Of a DNA stretch of 64,000 nucleotides, positions 49,707-58,295 are shown piece after piece. The DNA is taken from the NCBI GenBank assembly GCA_964457775.1, contig CAYWEW010000004.1:24705-88704 (forward strand), given 5' to 3'. Numbering within the stretch: position 1 is the first letter of the stretch; the number at the start of each line of letters is the position of its first letter. This DNA is from an uncultured Candidatus Saccharibacteria bacterium (GTDB lineage: Bacteria > Patescibacteriota > Minisyncoccia > Phycocordibacterales > UBA5272). The notes beneath the pieces are model-generated. The model made no database searches. It was not told the DNA's origin and was given only the letters and a program-made list of their open reading frames with translations. Made by a program: the position numbers and the translations under genes.

Positions 49707-51212
49707 CTACTTAACTTTGAATTGCTTACGTATTTCTTTAATTTGTTCTTTGTTTTTCTCTTCCATCTCTTCTTTTCCTGCTTTGCCTAGCAATCTGAGC
49801 TCAATATCTGATAATTTAATCAATTCTAGTGCGCGTTTATCTAGATATTCTTCAGTATTTTTCTCTGGATTATCAAGCACTTCGTCGAATAATGCATGTA
49901 AAACAAAGCCAATCTTCGGCCCAGCCGTTTCTTGTGTAACGTCCATGATTCGTTTCCCGTCAGTTTTTAGCATTTTTAGTGTAACTGGATCCTGTATCGC
50001 TTGTTCTACCATTGATTCATACATTCTCAGTCTATATGGCTCTTCTTTTGGCCTTCCAGTGCCCACTCTGTCGCAAATGCGTAGATTGATCAAATCCCAT
50101 ATATTATCCTTGCCTACGTTCGTAATTAGGCGTCTAACAGCTGATATAGTTATCTGCTCAGTGTCGGAAAAGAACATATGCCAACGCACGAACATGGACA
50201 CTCTGTCTGTCATCTCTTTTGGAAACTTTAGTCGCTCCAATATTTCACGTGAAACACGCCCACCAACAACATCGTGGCCATAAAATGTATAATCTCCTTT
50301 CTCTTTTGAGAAACGGCGTGTTTCTGGCTTGGAAATGTCGTGTAACACTGCTGACAAACGTATATGTAACGGCCACTTCTTATCAGCGGCATGCTGTAAT
50401 GTGCGAAGATTGTGCTCCCAAACATCGAAACTGTGAGCCTGATTCTGCATAACCCCTATTCCACGCTCTAATTCTGGCACCACATATTTCAAAATATCCA
50501 CGTCTTTCATGATAACAATACCCCTCATCGGGAAATCAGTCATCAAAAGCTTGATAAATTCATCTTTTATCCTTTCACATGAAACGTTTCGCAAAAGATG
50601 GGCGTTTCTCTCGATACTTTCACGTGTAACGCTATCAATATCAAAGTCCAATTGGCTCATAAGTCTAATTCCTCTCATAAGTCGTAAAGCATCTTCGTTG
50701 AAACGCACATCTGGATTGCCGACCGCTCTTATGATTTTCTTTTGTATATCTAACTGTCCTTCGAAAGGATCGATTATTTCTCCAGTCATTGGATTGTAGG
50801 CAATGGCGTTACACGTGAAATCTCGACGCTTCAAATCATCTTCTATGTCCTTGCTCCACTTCACTTCATCTGGATGTCTGTTGTCAGAATATGTGGTTTC
50901 TAAACGATATGGTGTAACTTCAACAATCTTAACCGTTTCATCACTGCAAGCGGGTAAATTCTCCTCCCCACAAGTGACAACCCCTACGGTGCCATAAGTA
51001 TTTTCATAAAAAGTCTTTGGAAATAAGGCGATTATTTCCTCTGGGGTGGCGTTTGTTGTAATATCAAAATCTTTTGGTTTATTCCCCATAATTAAATCAC
51101 GAACACAGCCACCAACAAGAAACGCTTCGAATGAGGCGTTTTGAAGCACAGCAAGTACCATTGTTACTTCTTTTGGTATTCCTGTCCCTATTTTTTGCTG
51201 TATTTGTGTCAT
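49707..51212 (-). CDS. cca: CCA-adding tRNA nucleotidyltransferase with HD domain
   Basis: GGCVRDLIMG..DFDITT polymerase-beta head. HD motif HSFDVWEH...LLHDISK. Confidence 0.8.
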   Translation of the reverse strand: MTQIQQKIGTGIPKEVTMVLAVLQNASFEAFLVGGCVRDLIMGNKPKDFDITTNATPEEIIALFPKTFYENTYGTVGVVTCGEENLPACSDETVKIVEVTPYRLETTYSDNRHPDEVKWSKDIEDDLKRRDFTCNAIAYNPMTGEIIDPFEGQLDIQKKIIRAVGNPDVRFNEDALRLMRGIRLMSQLDFDIDSVTRESIERNAHLLRNVSCERIKDEFIKLLMTDFPMRGIVIMKDVDILKYVVPELERGIGVMQNQAHSFDVWEHNLRTLQHAADKKWPLHIRLSAVLHDISKPETRRFSKEKGDYTFYGHDVVGGRVSREILERLKFPKEMTDRVSMFVRWHMFFSDTEQITISAVRRLITNVGKDNIWDLINLRICDRVGTGRPKEEPYRLRMYESMVEQAIQDPVTLKMLKTDGKRIMDVTQETAGPKIGFVLHALFDEVLDNPEKNTEEYLDKRALELIKLSDIELRLLGKAGKEEMEEKNKEQIKEIRKQFKVK

Positions 51213-51242
51213 AGATTGTGTTAATATACCCTTTGTAAATAA

Positions 51243-51314
51243 GCTTCCGTAGTGAAATGGATATCACAACGGTCTTCGGAACCGTCGTTCTGGGTTCGAA
51301 TCCTAGCGGAAGCA
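51243..51314 (+). tRNA. tRNA-Arg (anticodon TCG)
   Basis: Manual fold. Acceptor GCTTCCG/CGGAAGC, anticodon loop CTTCGGA, T-arm CTGGG-TTCGAAT-CCTAG. Confidence 0.75.
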
Positions 51315-51520
51315 CAAAAATGTGAGTGAAACGAGTATTTTTGTGCTTCCGCAGAAAGTGACCTGCGTCACTTTCGTTAGGATTCGAATGAAAAACCGGT
51401 ACACGAGATTCGCGGAGCGAATACTTGTCGGTTTTTCCGGGGTAGCGAAACAATATTTTTATCGAGTCCGTAGGACGAGCTGAAAAATATATGTTTGGTG
51501 ACCGAGTCCTAGCAAATCCC
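51315..51520 (+). repeat. tRNA-trailing structured element, copy C (after tRNA-Arg)
   Basis: Inverted repeat GGAAGCACAAAAAT...TATTTTTGTGCTTCC regenerates the tRNA 3' end. H1 GAAAGTGAC-CTGC-GTCACTTTC. GGATTCGAATGAAAAACCGGTACAC. CTTGTCGGTTTTTCCGGGGTAGCGA. GGTGACCGAGTCC. Confidence 0.5.
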
Positions 51521-51964
51521 TACCCCTCCCAAATTGTACCACCCTCCCTCATTTTATTTAGTGACTACTCCACTTTCTTCGTTCCCTGTTTTTATAAATT
51601 GCTGTGACTGCAATTACGGCCATTACTCCAAGTAGAATATAAATTATTCTTAATGATGAAGTTTTAATGTATGTTTTTCCTGGTCCACAAGCAGAACTAG
51701 GTGTTTTGTTTGTATGAATAAGTGTGTACTCATCTATGTTTGTGTAAACTGGACCAAGTAAATTAGTCTTAATTATCAAGTCTTTTGCTTCAAACTTCAT
51801 TGGTGGTAATAATGATGGGGAGCATGCACTAGCAACGTTTATTTGAAGAAGTATTAAGGACAATATAATTAATGGTGATATTACTTTATGGGACATGGTT
51901 ATTTATAAATAATAACACATAATACGCTTTGTTGTAGAACGTTTTACGGAGAATCGGTCACCAC

Positions 51965-52171
51965 TACGGCTCGCTTTAAAAAGCTTTGCTTTTCTCATCT
52001 CGCACGTAGTCGCGACCCCGGGAAAAACCGACAAGCAATTCATTCAAAAAATTAATGACCCCTATTTTTTGATTGAATTCTTGTGTACCGGTTTTTCGTT
52101 CGATTCTCCACAGACATGTCGCAGGTCATGTCTTTACACCACACAAAATACTCACTACGTTCCTATTTTAG
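51965..52171 (-). repeat. tRNA-trailing structured element, copy G (after tRNA-Gly-GCC)
   Basis: Collinear with copy C. H1 AGACATGAC-CTGC-GACATGTCT. GGAGAATCGAACGAAAAACCGGTACAC. AATAGGGGTC. CTTGTCGGTTTTTCCCGGGGTCGCGAC. Confidence 0.5.
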
Positions 52172-52242
52172 TGCGGCGTAGGAGAATCGAACTCCTGTCT
52201 CAACCTTGGCAAGGTCGTGTTCTACCACTAAACCAACACCGC
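52172..52242 (-). tRNA. tRNA-Gly (anticodon GCC)
   Basis: Manual fold. Acceptor GCGGTGT/ACGCCGC, anticodon loop TTGCCAA, T-arm AGGAG-TTCGATT-CTCCT. Confidence 0.75.
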
Positions 52243-52550
52243 ATTGAGAGCAATTGTAACACGACAAAAGCATAATGAAAAGATGTGATTCTAAGAAAGC
52301 GTTATATACTAAACACTAGGCGTTTCTTGTGAAAAGGTCATGTTGACAACATATAGAAATCTGGGGATAAACCTGTGAGTAGTGGGTATAACGGACATAC
52401 AAATTACTCTAGGTCAAATCAATTATGCTATGGCCTTTATACCAAAAAAGACTTGTTAAATATAGGTTTTTTAAGGTCAGAGACTTTTAATTAGACAAAT
52501 AAAATAAGGACATCTGTTTCACGTGAAACGAATCAAATATATAGTAAATT

Positions 52551-52940
52551 ATGGCAGAACATAATGAAATTGGAAAAATTGGAGAGAATATAACAAAAAC
52601 GTTTCTTATGAAACACGGTTTTTCTGTTGTTGATATAAACTATAGGACCAAATATGGGGAAATTGACATTATAGCTAAAAAAGACAACGTAGTTAGATTT
52701 GTTGAGGTTAAGAGTGTGAAAGTCAGAGACTTTGAGAGTATTAGTAACTTGGCAGTGAAGCCAGAGGACAATTTAACAAATGACAAATGGTCAAAACTTG
52801 TTGTTTCATGCGAAACGTATTTGAAACATAAAAATATTTCACATGAAACTAAATGGCAGATTGATCTTGCTTGTGTTTATATTAATACTGAAATAAGGGA
52901 GGGGAAGGTGGTGTTGATGGAGAATGTGAGTAGGGGGTAA
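52551..52940 (+). CDS. yraN: YraN/UPF0102 family endonuclease-like protein
   Basis: GENITKTFLMKHGFSVVDINYRTKYGEIDIIAKKDNVVRFVEVKS. Confidence 0.6.
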   Translation: MAEHNEIGKIGENITKTFLMKHGFSVVDINYRTKYGEIDIIAKKDNVVRFVEVKSVKVRDFESISNLAVKPEDNLTNDKWSKLVVSCETYLKHKNISHETKWQIDLACVYINTEIREGKVVLMENVSRG

Positions 52941-53018
52941 TGAAAGTTTGATTGATTACTATAACTACATGCATATTTCAGAATATATGCTAGAATGTTC
53001 AATACGTTTACTTAATAT

Positions 53019-53091
53019 CGGAATGTGGTGTAACGGCTAACATCCCTGGTTTGGGACCAGGTGACTCCGGGTTCGAATCCCGGCATTCCGA
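53019..53091 (+). tRNA. tRNA-Pro (anticodon TGG)
   Basis: Manual fold. Acceptor CGGAATG/CATTCCG, anticodon loop TTTGGGA, T-arm CCGGG-TTCGAAT-CCCGG. Confidence 0.75.
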
Positions 53092-53245
53092 CAAATTGTA
53101 AAATCACACTTGTAATCAAGTGTGATTTTACTTTGGAGGATGCAGTGAGTGAACTGCTTCACTCACGTCGGCGATTCGAATAGGGGTCGCGAGAGCTATA
53201 TTTCGAGCACGCGAGAAATAGACCTTGTGACCGAATCCCGGCATG
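53092..53245 (+). repeat. tRNA-trailing structured element, copy D (after tRNA-Pro)
   Basis: Hairpin AAAATCACACTTG-taatc-AAGTGTGATTTT. H1 GTGAGTGAA-CTGC-TTCACTCAC. P1 GATTCG/CGAATC encloses AATAGGGGTCG. The 3' end CCGAATCCCGGCAT copies the tRNA-Pro T-stem/acceptor. Confidence 0.5.
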
Positions 53246-53266
53246 ACTATATGCTAAACTTGATTA

Positions 53267-53497
53267 ATGAATACACCACAAACAGGGGAGATATGGCAAC
53301 ATTATAAAACGAAAGGGGAATATGAAATTATTGGTCTTGGTCAACTACAAACAAAAGTAGAGTCTCTTGATATGAAAGAGTGTGTTATTTATAAATCACC
53401 AGCTGGCACACTGTGGGCACGACCACTGGCTGATTTTGTAGAAGATATTAAGAATGAAGAAGGGGAGATGACACCAAGATTTAAAAAAGTAAGATAA
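53267..53497 (+). CDS. DUF1653-like small protein
   Basis: GEIWQHYKTKGEYEIIG...LWARPLADF pattern. Confidence 0.45.
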   Translation: MNTPQTGEIWQHYKTKGEYEIIGLGQLQTKVESLDMKECVIYKSPAGTLWARPLADFVEDIKNEEGEMTPRFKKVR

Positions 53498-53512
53498 AAG
53501 AAAAAGACGTCG

Positions 53513-54076
53513 TTAGACGTCTTTTGCAAGAAGGTATTTCAAGCAATCTTCACAATATGGGGATTCTCTTTTGTATCTGGAAGAGGCTCTTTTAGTCCAT
53601 ATCGAATCAGACTCATCTTCACTCATTACACAATTGTTTAGGCAGTGACCTGTGCCGTTAGTACTAATACTTAGTCGGGCGCGATGCTTATTTATTAAAC
53701 CCATTGAATGACCCAGCTCGTGCAGGATTAAGTCCCAAACTTTTGCAGACCATTTCATGGAGTTGTTTCTAGGAATATCTTTTACGCCTATCACACACCT
53801 GTCGGGTAATGATAGGCCAAAAACTCTTTTTCTTCTCCACGTTAGATTCGCATTAACAATATAAAAGGTAAAACCTTTACAAAACATATGTACTTTTCTT
53901 TGAAAAATTACTGATGTTGGTACTGTTTCCCTTTCAGAAAGAATGGAGAGATCTTCATTTGACTCAACTGAGTACGTTACGTCAGTGAATATTTTTCTCA
54001 AATCTCTGACAACTCTGCGAATAACCTTGTTTGTGCCGTGTGGGACGAATGGATCTAAAACGAAACGAATGTACAT
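53513..54076 (-). CDS. archaemetzincin-like zinc metalloprotease (M54-type)
   Basis: HELGHSMGLINKH plus GHCLNNCVM and CEDC cysteine cluster. Confidence 0.55.
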   Translation of the reverse strand: MYIRFVLDPFVPHGTNKVIRRVVRDLRKIFTDVTYSVESNEDLSILSERETVPTSVIFQRKVHMFCKGFTFYIVNANLTWRRKRVFGLSLPDRCVIGVKDIPRNNSMKWSAKVWDLILHELGHSMGLINKHRARLSISTNGTGHCLNNCVMSEDESDSIWTKRASSRYKRESPYCEDCLKYLLAKDV

Positions 54077-54174
54077 GATACCCTCCCTTTATTGTTTCTA
54101 TTAATATACTATCAGAATTTTATACTAATCAAAACTAGAAAAGTCTAATCAAATATGATAGGATATATTTCACA

Positions 54175-54245
54175 AGCGGTGTTGGTTTAGTGGTAGAATG
54201 CCTGCCTTCCAAGCAGGAGACAAGAGTTCGATTCTCTTACGCCGC
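54175..54245 (+). tRNA. tRNA-Gly (anticodon TCC)
   Basis: Manual fold. Acceptor GCGGTGT/ACGCCGC, anticodon loop CTTCCAA, T-arm AAGAG-TTCGATT-CTCTT. Confidence 0.75.
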
Positions 54246-54442
54246 ACAGAAATATAAAATCCTGAAACAAATTGTTTCAGGATTTTATATTTCTGTGCGG
54301 CGTAAGCAAGACAACTGCTTGTCTTGCATAGAGAATCGAATAGGGGTCGAGGAGCCATTTGTTTCTTGTAATCAAGAAACTGGCGAGGTGACCGATTCTC
54401 TTGAAGACTTATTTGTCGGTTTTTCCCGAGGTCGCGACTAGG
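54246..54442 (+). repeat. tRNA-trailing structured element, copy E (after tRNA-Gly-TCC)
   Basis: 30-bp inverted repeat regenerating the tRNA 3' end. H1 GCAAGACAA-CTGC-TTGTCTTGC. P1 AGAGAATCG/CGATTCTCT encloses AATAGGGGTCGAGGAG and TTTCTTG-taat-CAAGAAA. TTTGTCGGTTTTTCCCGAGGTCGCGAC. Confidence 0.55.
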
Positions 54443-54575
54443 AGTGTTTTGTGAATAACAAAGTTATGAAACAAAACACTCAAAGTAATGACCGATTCTC
54501 TTACAATCGTTTGTCCAATTCTGTATTTCTTTATATAATACCCAAAGAAGTTCAACTACCCCCAAGGAGAAAATC

Positions 54576-54821
54576 ATGCCGTGCGAATGCAAGTGCCAAT
54601 GTTCTTGTCATCATAAGGATATTCCTTTTTCGGAGATGTCGAAAGCAGATCAAGCAAAACTGAAGAGGGAAGCAGGTTACGGTTTATCAAGAAAGCTTTT
54701 GGGTAAAGAGAGTCTGGCTCATCGTGAAAAACTAGACCACTCTCTATCATTAGATGAATCAAGAAGAAGACAAACACAGCGAGCTTTTGAAGCCTTTAAC
54801 GATAGTTTCGGCAAAGGATAA
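54576..54821 (+). CDS. small protein with Cys-rich N-terminus (MPCECKCQCSCHH)
   Basis: AAGGAGAAAATC RBS. Terminator at 54836-54868. Confidence 0.4.
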   Translation: MPCECKCQCSCHHKDIPFSEMSKADQAKLKREAGYGLSRKLLGKESLAHREKLDHSLSLDESRRRQTQRAFEAFNDSFGKG

Positions 54822-54981
54822 AAAATAGAAAAACAAAAACCCCGAGCAAACTTTCTGCTTGGGGGTTTTACTTATCACTCTATGAAAAATAACTATGTGC
54901 ATATAGTTGCTAATTTTATATTTAAAGAGTGATATTATTATATAAGATACTTAACTGCTCTTTAATTTAAGGAGAGATGTC

Positions 54982-55338
54982 ATGAAGCTTGTAAAATTTG
55001 ACAGTGTGAAGAAAGATGAATTCCAACTAGTAAGATTAAACAAGCTTTTGAGTCACTTTCTCAAGATGATTGGTGATGTTGACGCAAGAATACAATCAAC
55101 TGAAACAGAGGAGACTGAAAGAATCATTCTGGAAGAAGATAAGAAGTTTTTCTTGGAGGAATATTCCAAGACCAAAGAAGAGTTGGATCTCATGCTCCAC
55201 AATCTTGGTCTGGATAGACGGGGTGACTGGATACTTTGGAGGGGGAGGTTGCGCAGGGGTCTGAAGGTAATTTCTGGTAATAGGGGAGTTGGAATAACCA
55301 ACCGAGTTGAGAGTTGTCTTAAGTTGGTGCAAAAATAA
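54982..55338 (+). CDS. hypothetical protein (118 aa)
   Basis: TAAGGAGAG RBS. Perfect palindromic terminator at 55342-55372. Confidence 0.4.
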   Translation: MKLVKFDSVKKDEFQLVRLNKLLSHFLKMIGDVDARIQSTETEETERIILEEDKKFFLEEYSKTKEELDLMLHNLGLDRRGDWILWRGRLRRGLKVISGNRGVGITNRVESCLKLVQK

Positions 55339-55393
55339 TAAAAGGTGCGATCATAGTCTATGATCGCACCTTAATATTTATATATTTAATATA

Positions 55394-55855
55394 CTACTTC
55401 AAGTATTCAATCACTTCCTTTGCATGTTCCTTTGGCTTCACCTCTTCATATATCTTTTTTATTTTACCCGTCTTGTCTATTAAAAAAGATTGTCTAAGTA
55501 CACCCATATATTCGCGGCCCATAAACTTTTTCTTTGCCCATACACCATATAACTCACACACTTTATGATCAGTGTCAGATAATAAAGTGAAAGGAAGTTT
55601 ATACTTTGTTTTGAATTTATTATGTGACTTGTTGTTATCAGGGGAGATACCTAATACAACCAAGCCTAGCTTCTCCATCTCTTTGTAATTATCTCTTATC
55701 TCACAAGCTTCTGTGGTGCAACCTGGTGTATCATCTTTTGGATAAAAATAAATTAAAACTTCTTTACCTAGGAAATCTGACAACTTATAATCTTTGTTAT
55801 CATCCCCGAGCAATTTAAAATCTGGTGCTTTATCTTTTTCTTGTAATTTTTTCAT
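55394..55855 (-). CDS. bcp: thiol peroxidase Bcp (peroxiredoxin)
   Basis: APDFKL..., FYPKDDTPGCTTEAC. Confidence 0.8.
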   Translation of the reverse strand: MKKLQEKDKAPDFKLLGDDNKDYKLSDFLGKEVLIYFYPKDDTPGCTTEACEIRDNYKEMEKLGLVVLGISPDNNKSHNKFKTKYKLPFTLLSDTDHKVCELYGVWAKKKFMGREYMGVLRQSFLIDKTGKIKKIYEEVKPKEHAKEVIEYLK

Positions 55856-55961
55856 AGGTTCATTATATACCCAACAAAACAACAAAACAAAAACAAGGCC
55901 GAAGGCCTTGTTTTTGTTTTAAGAATTAAGTATCAGTAAAGACTGACTTATTTACTTCAAA

Positions 55962-56234
55962 CTATTCAACTGCATCCTTAAGAGCCTTTGCTGCTGAGAA
56001 CTTTGGCACTTTCTTTGCTGGAACCTTAACTGTTTCACCAGTCTTTGGGTTACGAGCTTCACGAGCCTTACGTAGCTTTACTGAGAATTTTCCTACACCA
56101 GCAATAGCTACCTCATCTCCCTTAGAAAGAGTTTTAACGATTGTACCGAAAACTGCTTCTACTACTTCTTCTGCTTGCACTTTTGTTGAGCCAAGTACTG
56201 CGTGTACTGCTTCAATAAGACCTGCTTTGTTCAT
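55962..56234 (-). CDS. hup: DNA-binding protein HU
   Basis: MNKAGLIEAV...GFGKF-like arm RNPKTGETVKVPAKKVPKF. Start trimmed to the canonical Met. Confidence 0.8.
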   Translation of the reverse strand: MNKAGLIEAVHAVLGSTKVQAEEVVEAVFGTIVKTLSKGDEVAIAGVGKFSVKLRKAREARNPKTGETVKVPAKKVPKFSAAKALKDAVE

Positions 56235-56444
56235 ATGAGTGAATGTTATTGATGTTGTGTTTCCTAGGACAGCAACATCAAAAAATAAATTTATTAATTC
56301 CTTTGCATGCATACCGCATACGATAGGATAAAATAAGTATATACTGCCATGTTTTTTACGCAAGTCATAAAACAATAAATTACACTTTTGTCAAAATTTA
56401 ATTTATGATGTAGAGTTAGGACTATCCAAACAAAGGAGACTGCT

Positions 56445-56714
56445 GTGTTCAACTTTTTTAGGCGTTTGACTGAGGTGATTTTTGGAGTAAGAATACTAGT
56501 TGTCCTTGGAGAAAAGTTTGACCAAGATGACCCAAAAAACCACTTGATAACCTATCTTCCTGTCGTACCAAGAACTGGTGAGAGTCTTGTTCTGTGCATA
56601 TACGGACAAGTCCGTCTCACCAAACACAAGGTAAATGACGTCCAACACTCACCGTACGGCAAATATGCAAAAATCTGCATCTTTGTCGAAGAAAATGGTT
56701 CAGCGGATTACTAG
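56445..56714 (+). CDS. hypothetical protein (89 aa, GTG start)
   Basis: AAGGAGA RBS before a GTG. Confidence 0.3.
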   Translation: MFNFFRRLTEVIFGVRILVVLGEKFDQDDPKNHLITYLPVVPRTGESLVLCIYGQVRLTKHKVNDVQHSPYGKYAKICIFVEENGSADY

Positions 56715-56822
56715 AGGGGAGTAAGACGTTTATTGTTTGGAGATCGCAGAGCCACCCGGTTTTGCGATTTTCTTTTTAGAGCTATATAAACAATAAATCC
56801 ATCAATAAAAATATATTTCAAA

Positions 56823-57587
56823 TTATGGCTTTATCCCACTTGTTTCCCATAAAACATCAAAATGTAACTTCATCAAATCTGCAAAATCTTTTGAATGAAC
56901 AATAAAACCAAAAATTTCCTTATGTGAAGATATAAAAGATACCTTGTCGCCGTATATTGTATAGCCCATTGAAATCGAGGAATTATCCTTTAAATACTTT
57001 CTTTTTATTAAGTTATCTTTACCTTCCCAAATATAATCACTTGATGGTTTATTCTTTTGTGGCCAGAGTGCATGTATGGTTATTTTCTCCTGTATTCTTC
57101 TGTTATTAAAACGAATTAATGACTCCTTCCCTAAGACAGAAAGCATTTCATTATAAGGCCACATAGTATAAATTGTTTTACCTTTATTCCATAAAATATC
57201 ATTCAAAAGATGGCTGAGTCCTAACTTACCTTCAAAGAACTTGATTGTTGGGTTTTCGGTTCTTGTTGAATTTAACAAGTCAGGAAGCATTTTTAGAAAC
57301 ATTTCTTTTTTCTCTGAAAGAGACTCTATGTTTTCTTGTAGCACTTCACCAACTTGTCTTACATCATCCAGTGCAAAATATGATTTGTTATCTAATTTTC
57401 TTTCAACAATTAGTCCTTTCTTTTTAAGTAATGACAAGTGGTCATAAGTAGACGGACGAGTGAGCGATAAACGCTCGGATAACATTCTTGGTGTTGCTTC
57501 TCCATTTTCCAACAGCTCTTTATATATCTTTTGTGAAGAAGGGGGAAGGTTTAGACTTTTTAAAATGTCTTCTAGGTTATATTTCAT
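56823..57587 (-). CDS. TrmB-family transcriptional regulator
   Basis: LPPSSQKIYKELLENGEATPRMLSERLSLTRPSTYDHLSLLKKKGLI. Confidence 0.6.
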   Translation of the reverse strand: MKYNLEDILKSLNLPPSSQKIYKELLENGEATPRMLSERLSLTRPSTYDHLSLLKKKGLIVERKLDNKSYFALDDVRQVGEVLQENIESLSEKKEMFLKMLPDLLNSTRTENPTIKFFEGKLGLSHLLNDILWNKGKTIYTMWPYNEMLSVLGKESLIRFNNRRIQEKITIHALWPQKNKPSSDYIWEGKDNLIKRKYLKDNSSISMGYTIYGDKVSFISSHKEIFGFIVHSKDFADLMKLHFDVLWETSGIKP

Positions 57588-57696
57588 AAATTAGATATTT
57601 GTCGAGTTTCGTCGACAGTTTAACATATTGCTATTATGGGTGTAAAGTTCACTCAGTAGTTCGTTACATCAACCAAAACAAAAGAAAGGAAACATC

Positions 57697-58239
57697 ATGA
57701 TCACCAGAATCAAGAAGTCGCTGGCTTATGTCCCAGCGTCGCTTTTGGAAGCCACCAGCTTCCTCGTCTCCATCGGTCAGAAGCAACGCGAGATTAATCG
57801 TCTCAAGCGTGAAGCCAAACAAAAAGTGGAGGCGATCAATCTCGCTACCAAGAAGTCGGTCGATGAACTGACAAAAGAACGTGATACGTTCTTCACGGCT
57901 CTGTTCGCCTTCGCTTCTCCAAGGAAGGCTGAGCTGACGAAGGTCACCCGTTCGCAAAAAACGAACGCTGGAACCTTCGGTTGGCGCTTCACCACTCCTT
58001 ATGTCGATATCGCAGAAGGCAAAAGCGATCAAGACATAATCGCAACACTGAAGAAAGCTGGTCTCACTGACTACATCCGCGTCATCGAAGAAGTTGACCG
58101 CGAGGCAATGCTTCGTGATCGTCCGGAAGTGAAAGGTGTTTCCTATTCCAATCGTGACGAATTCTTTGCCAAGCCCAAGCTTGCAAAAGAAGATGGTCGT
58201 GCAGAAGAGCTCGTCAAAACCGAAGCGATTGATGTTTAA
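57697..58239 (+). CDS. Mu Gam-like host-nuclease inhibitor / DNA-end-binding protein
   Basis: AYVP, IGQKQREINRLKRE, FGWRFTTPYVDI...LKKAGLTDYIRVIEEVDREAML are collinear with phage Mu Gam. About 50% GC. Confidence 0.6.
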   Translation: MITRIKKSLAYVPASLLEATSFLVSIGQKQREINRLKREAKQKVEAINLATKKSVDELTKERDTFFTALFAFASPRKAELTKVTRSQKTNAGTFGWRFTTPYVDIAEGKSDQDIIATLKKAGLTDYIRVIEEVDREAMLRDRPEVKGVSYSNRDEFFAKPKLAKEDGRAEELVKTEAIDV

Positions 58240-58257
58240 TCGTTTCTGGTAACCCTT

Positions 58258-58294
58258 AAGCTGGATTCACTTCGTGAATCCAGCTTTTTATTTA
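58258..58294 (+). terminator. Rho-independent terminator of the gam-like gene
   Basis: AAGCTGGATTCAC-ttcg-GTGAATCCAGCTT followed by TTTTATTTAT. Confidence 0.65.
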
Positions 58295-58295
58295 T

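Noticed and set aside
49717-50283. 188-aa + strand ORF inside cca, plus other antisense ORFs (27662-27931, 43981-44169 and similar)
   Set aside because: Fully nested antisense to confidently identified genes. Low-complexity translations.
52069-52275. Listed 68-aa + strand ORF
   Set aside because: Lies entirely over tRNA-Gly(GCC) and its trailer. Spurious.
52515-52528. Perfect 14-nt palindrome GTTTCACGTGAAAC just upstream of yraN
   Set aside because: Single occurrence. Possibly an operator, but not supportable from sequence alone.
57664-58032. Minus-strand ORFs (122 and 72 aa) inside the gam-like gene
   Set aside because: Antisense to a well-supported CDS in a GC-rich segment. No RBS.
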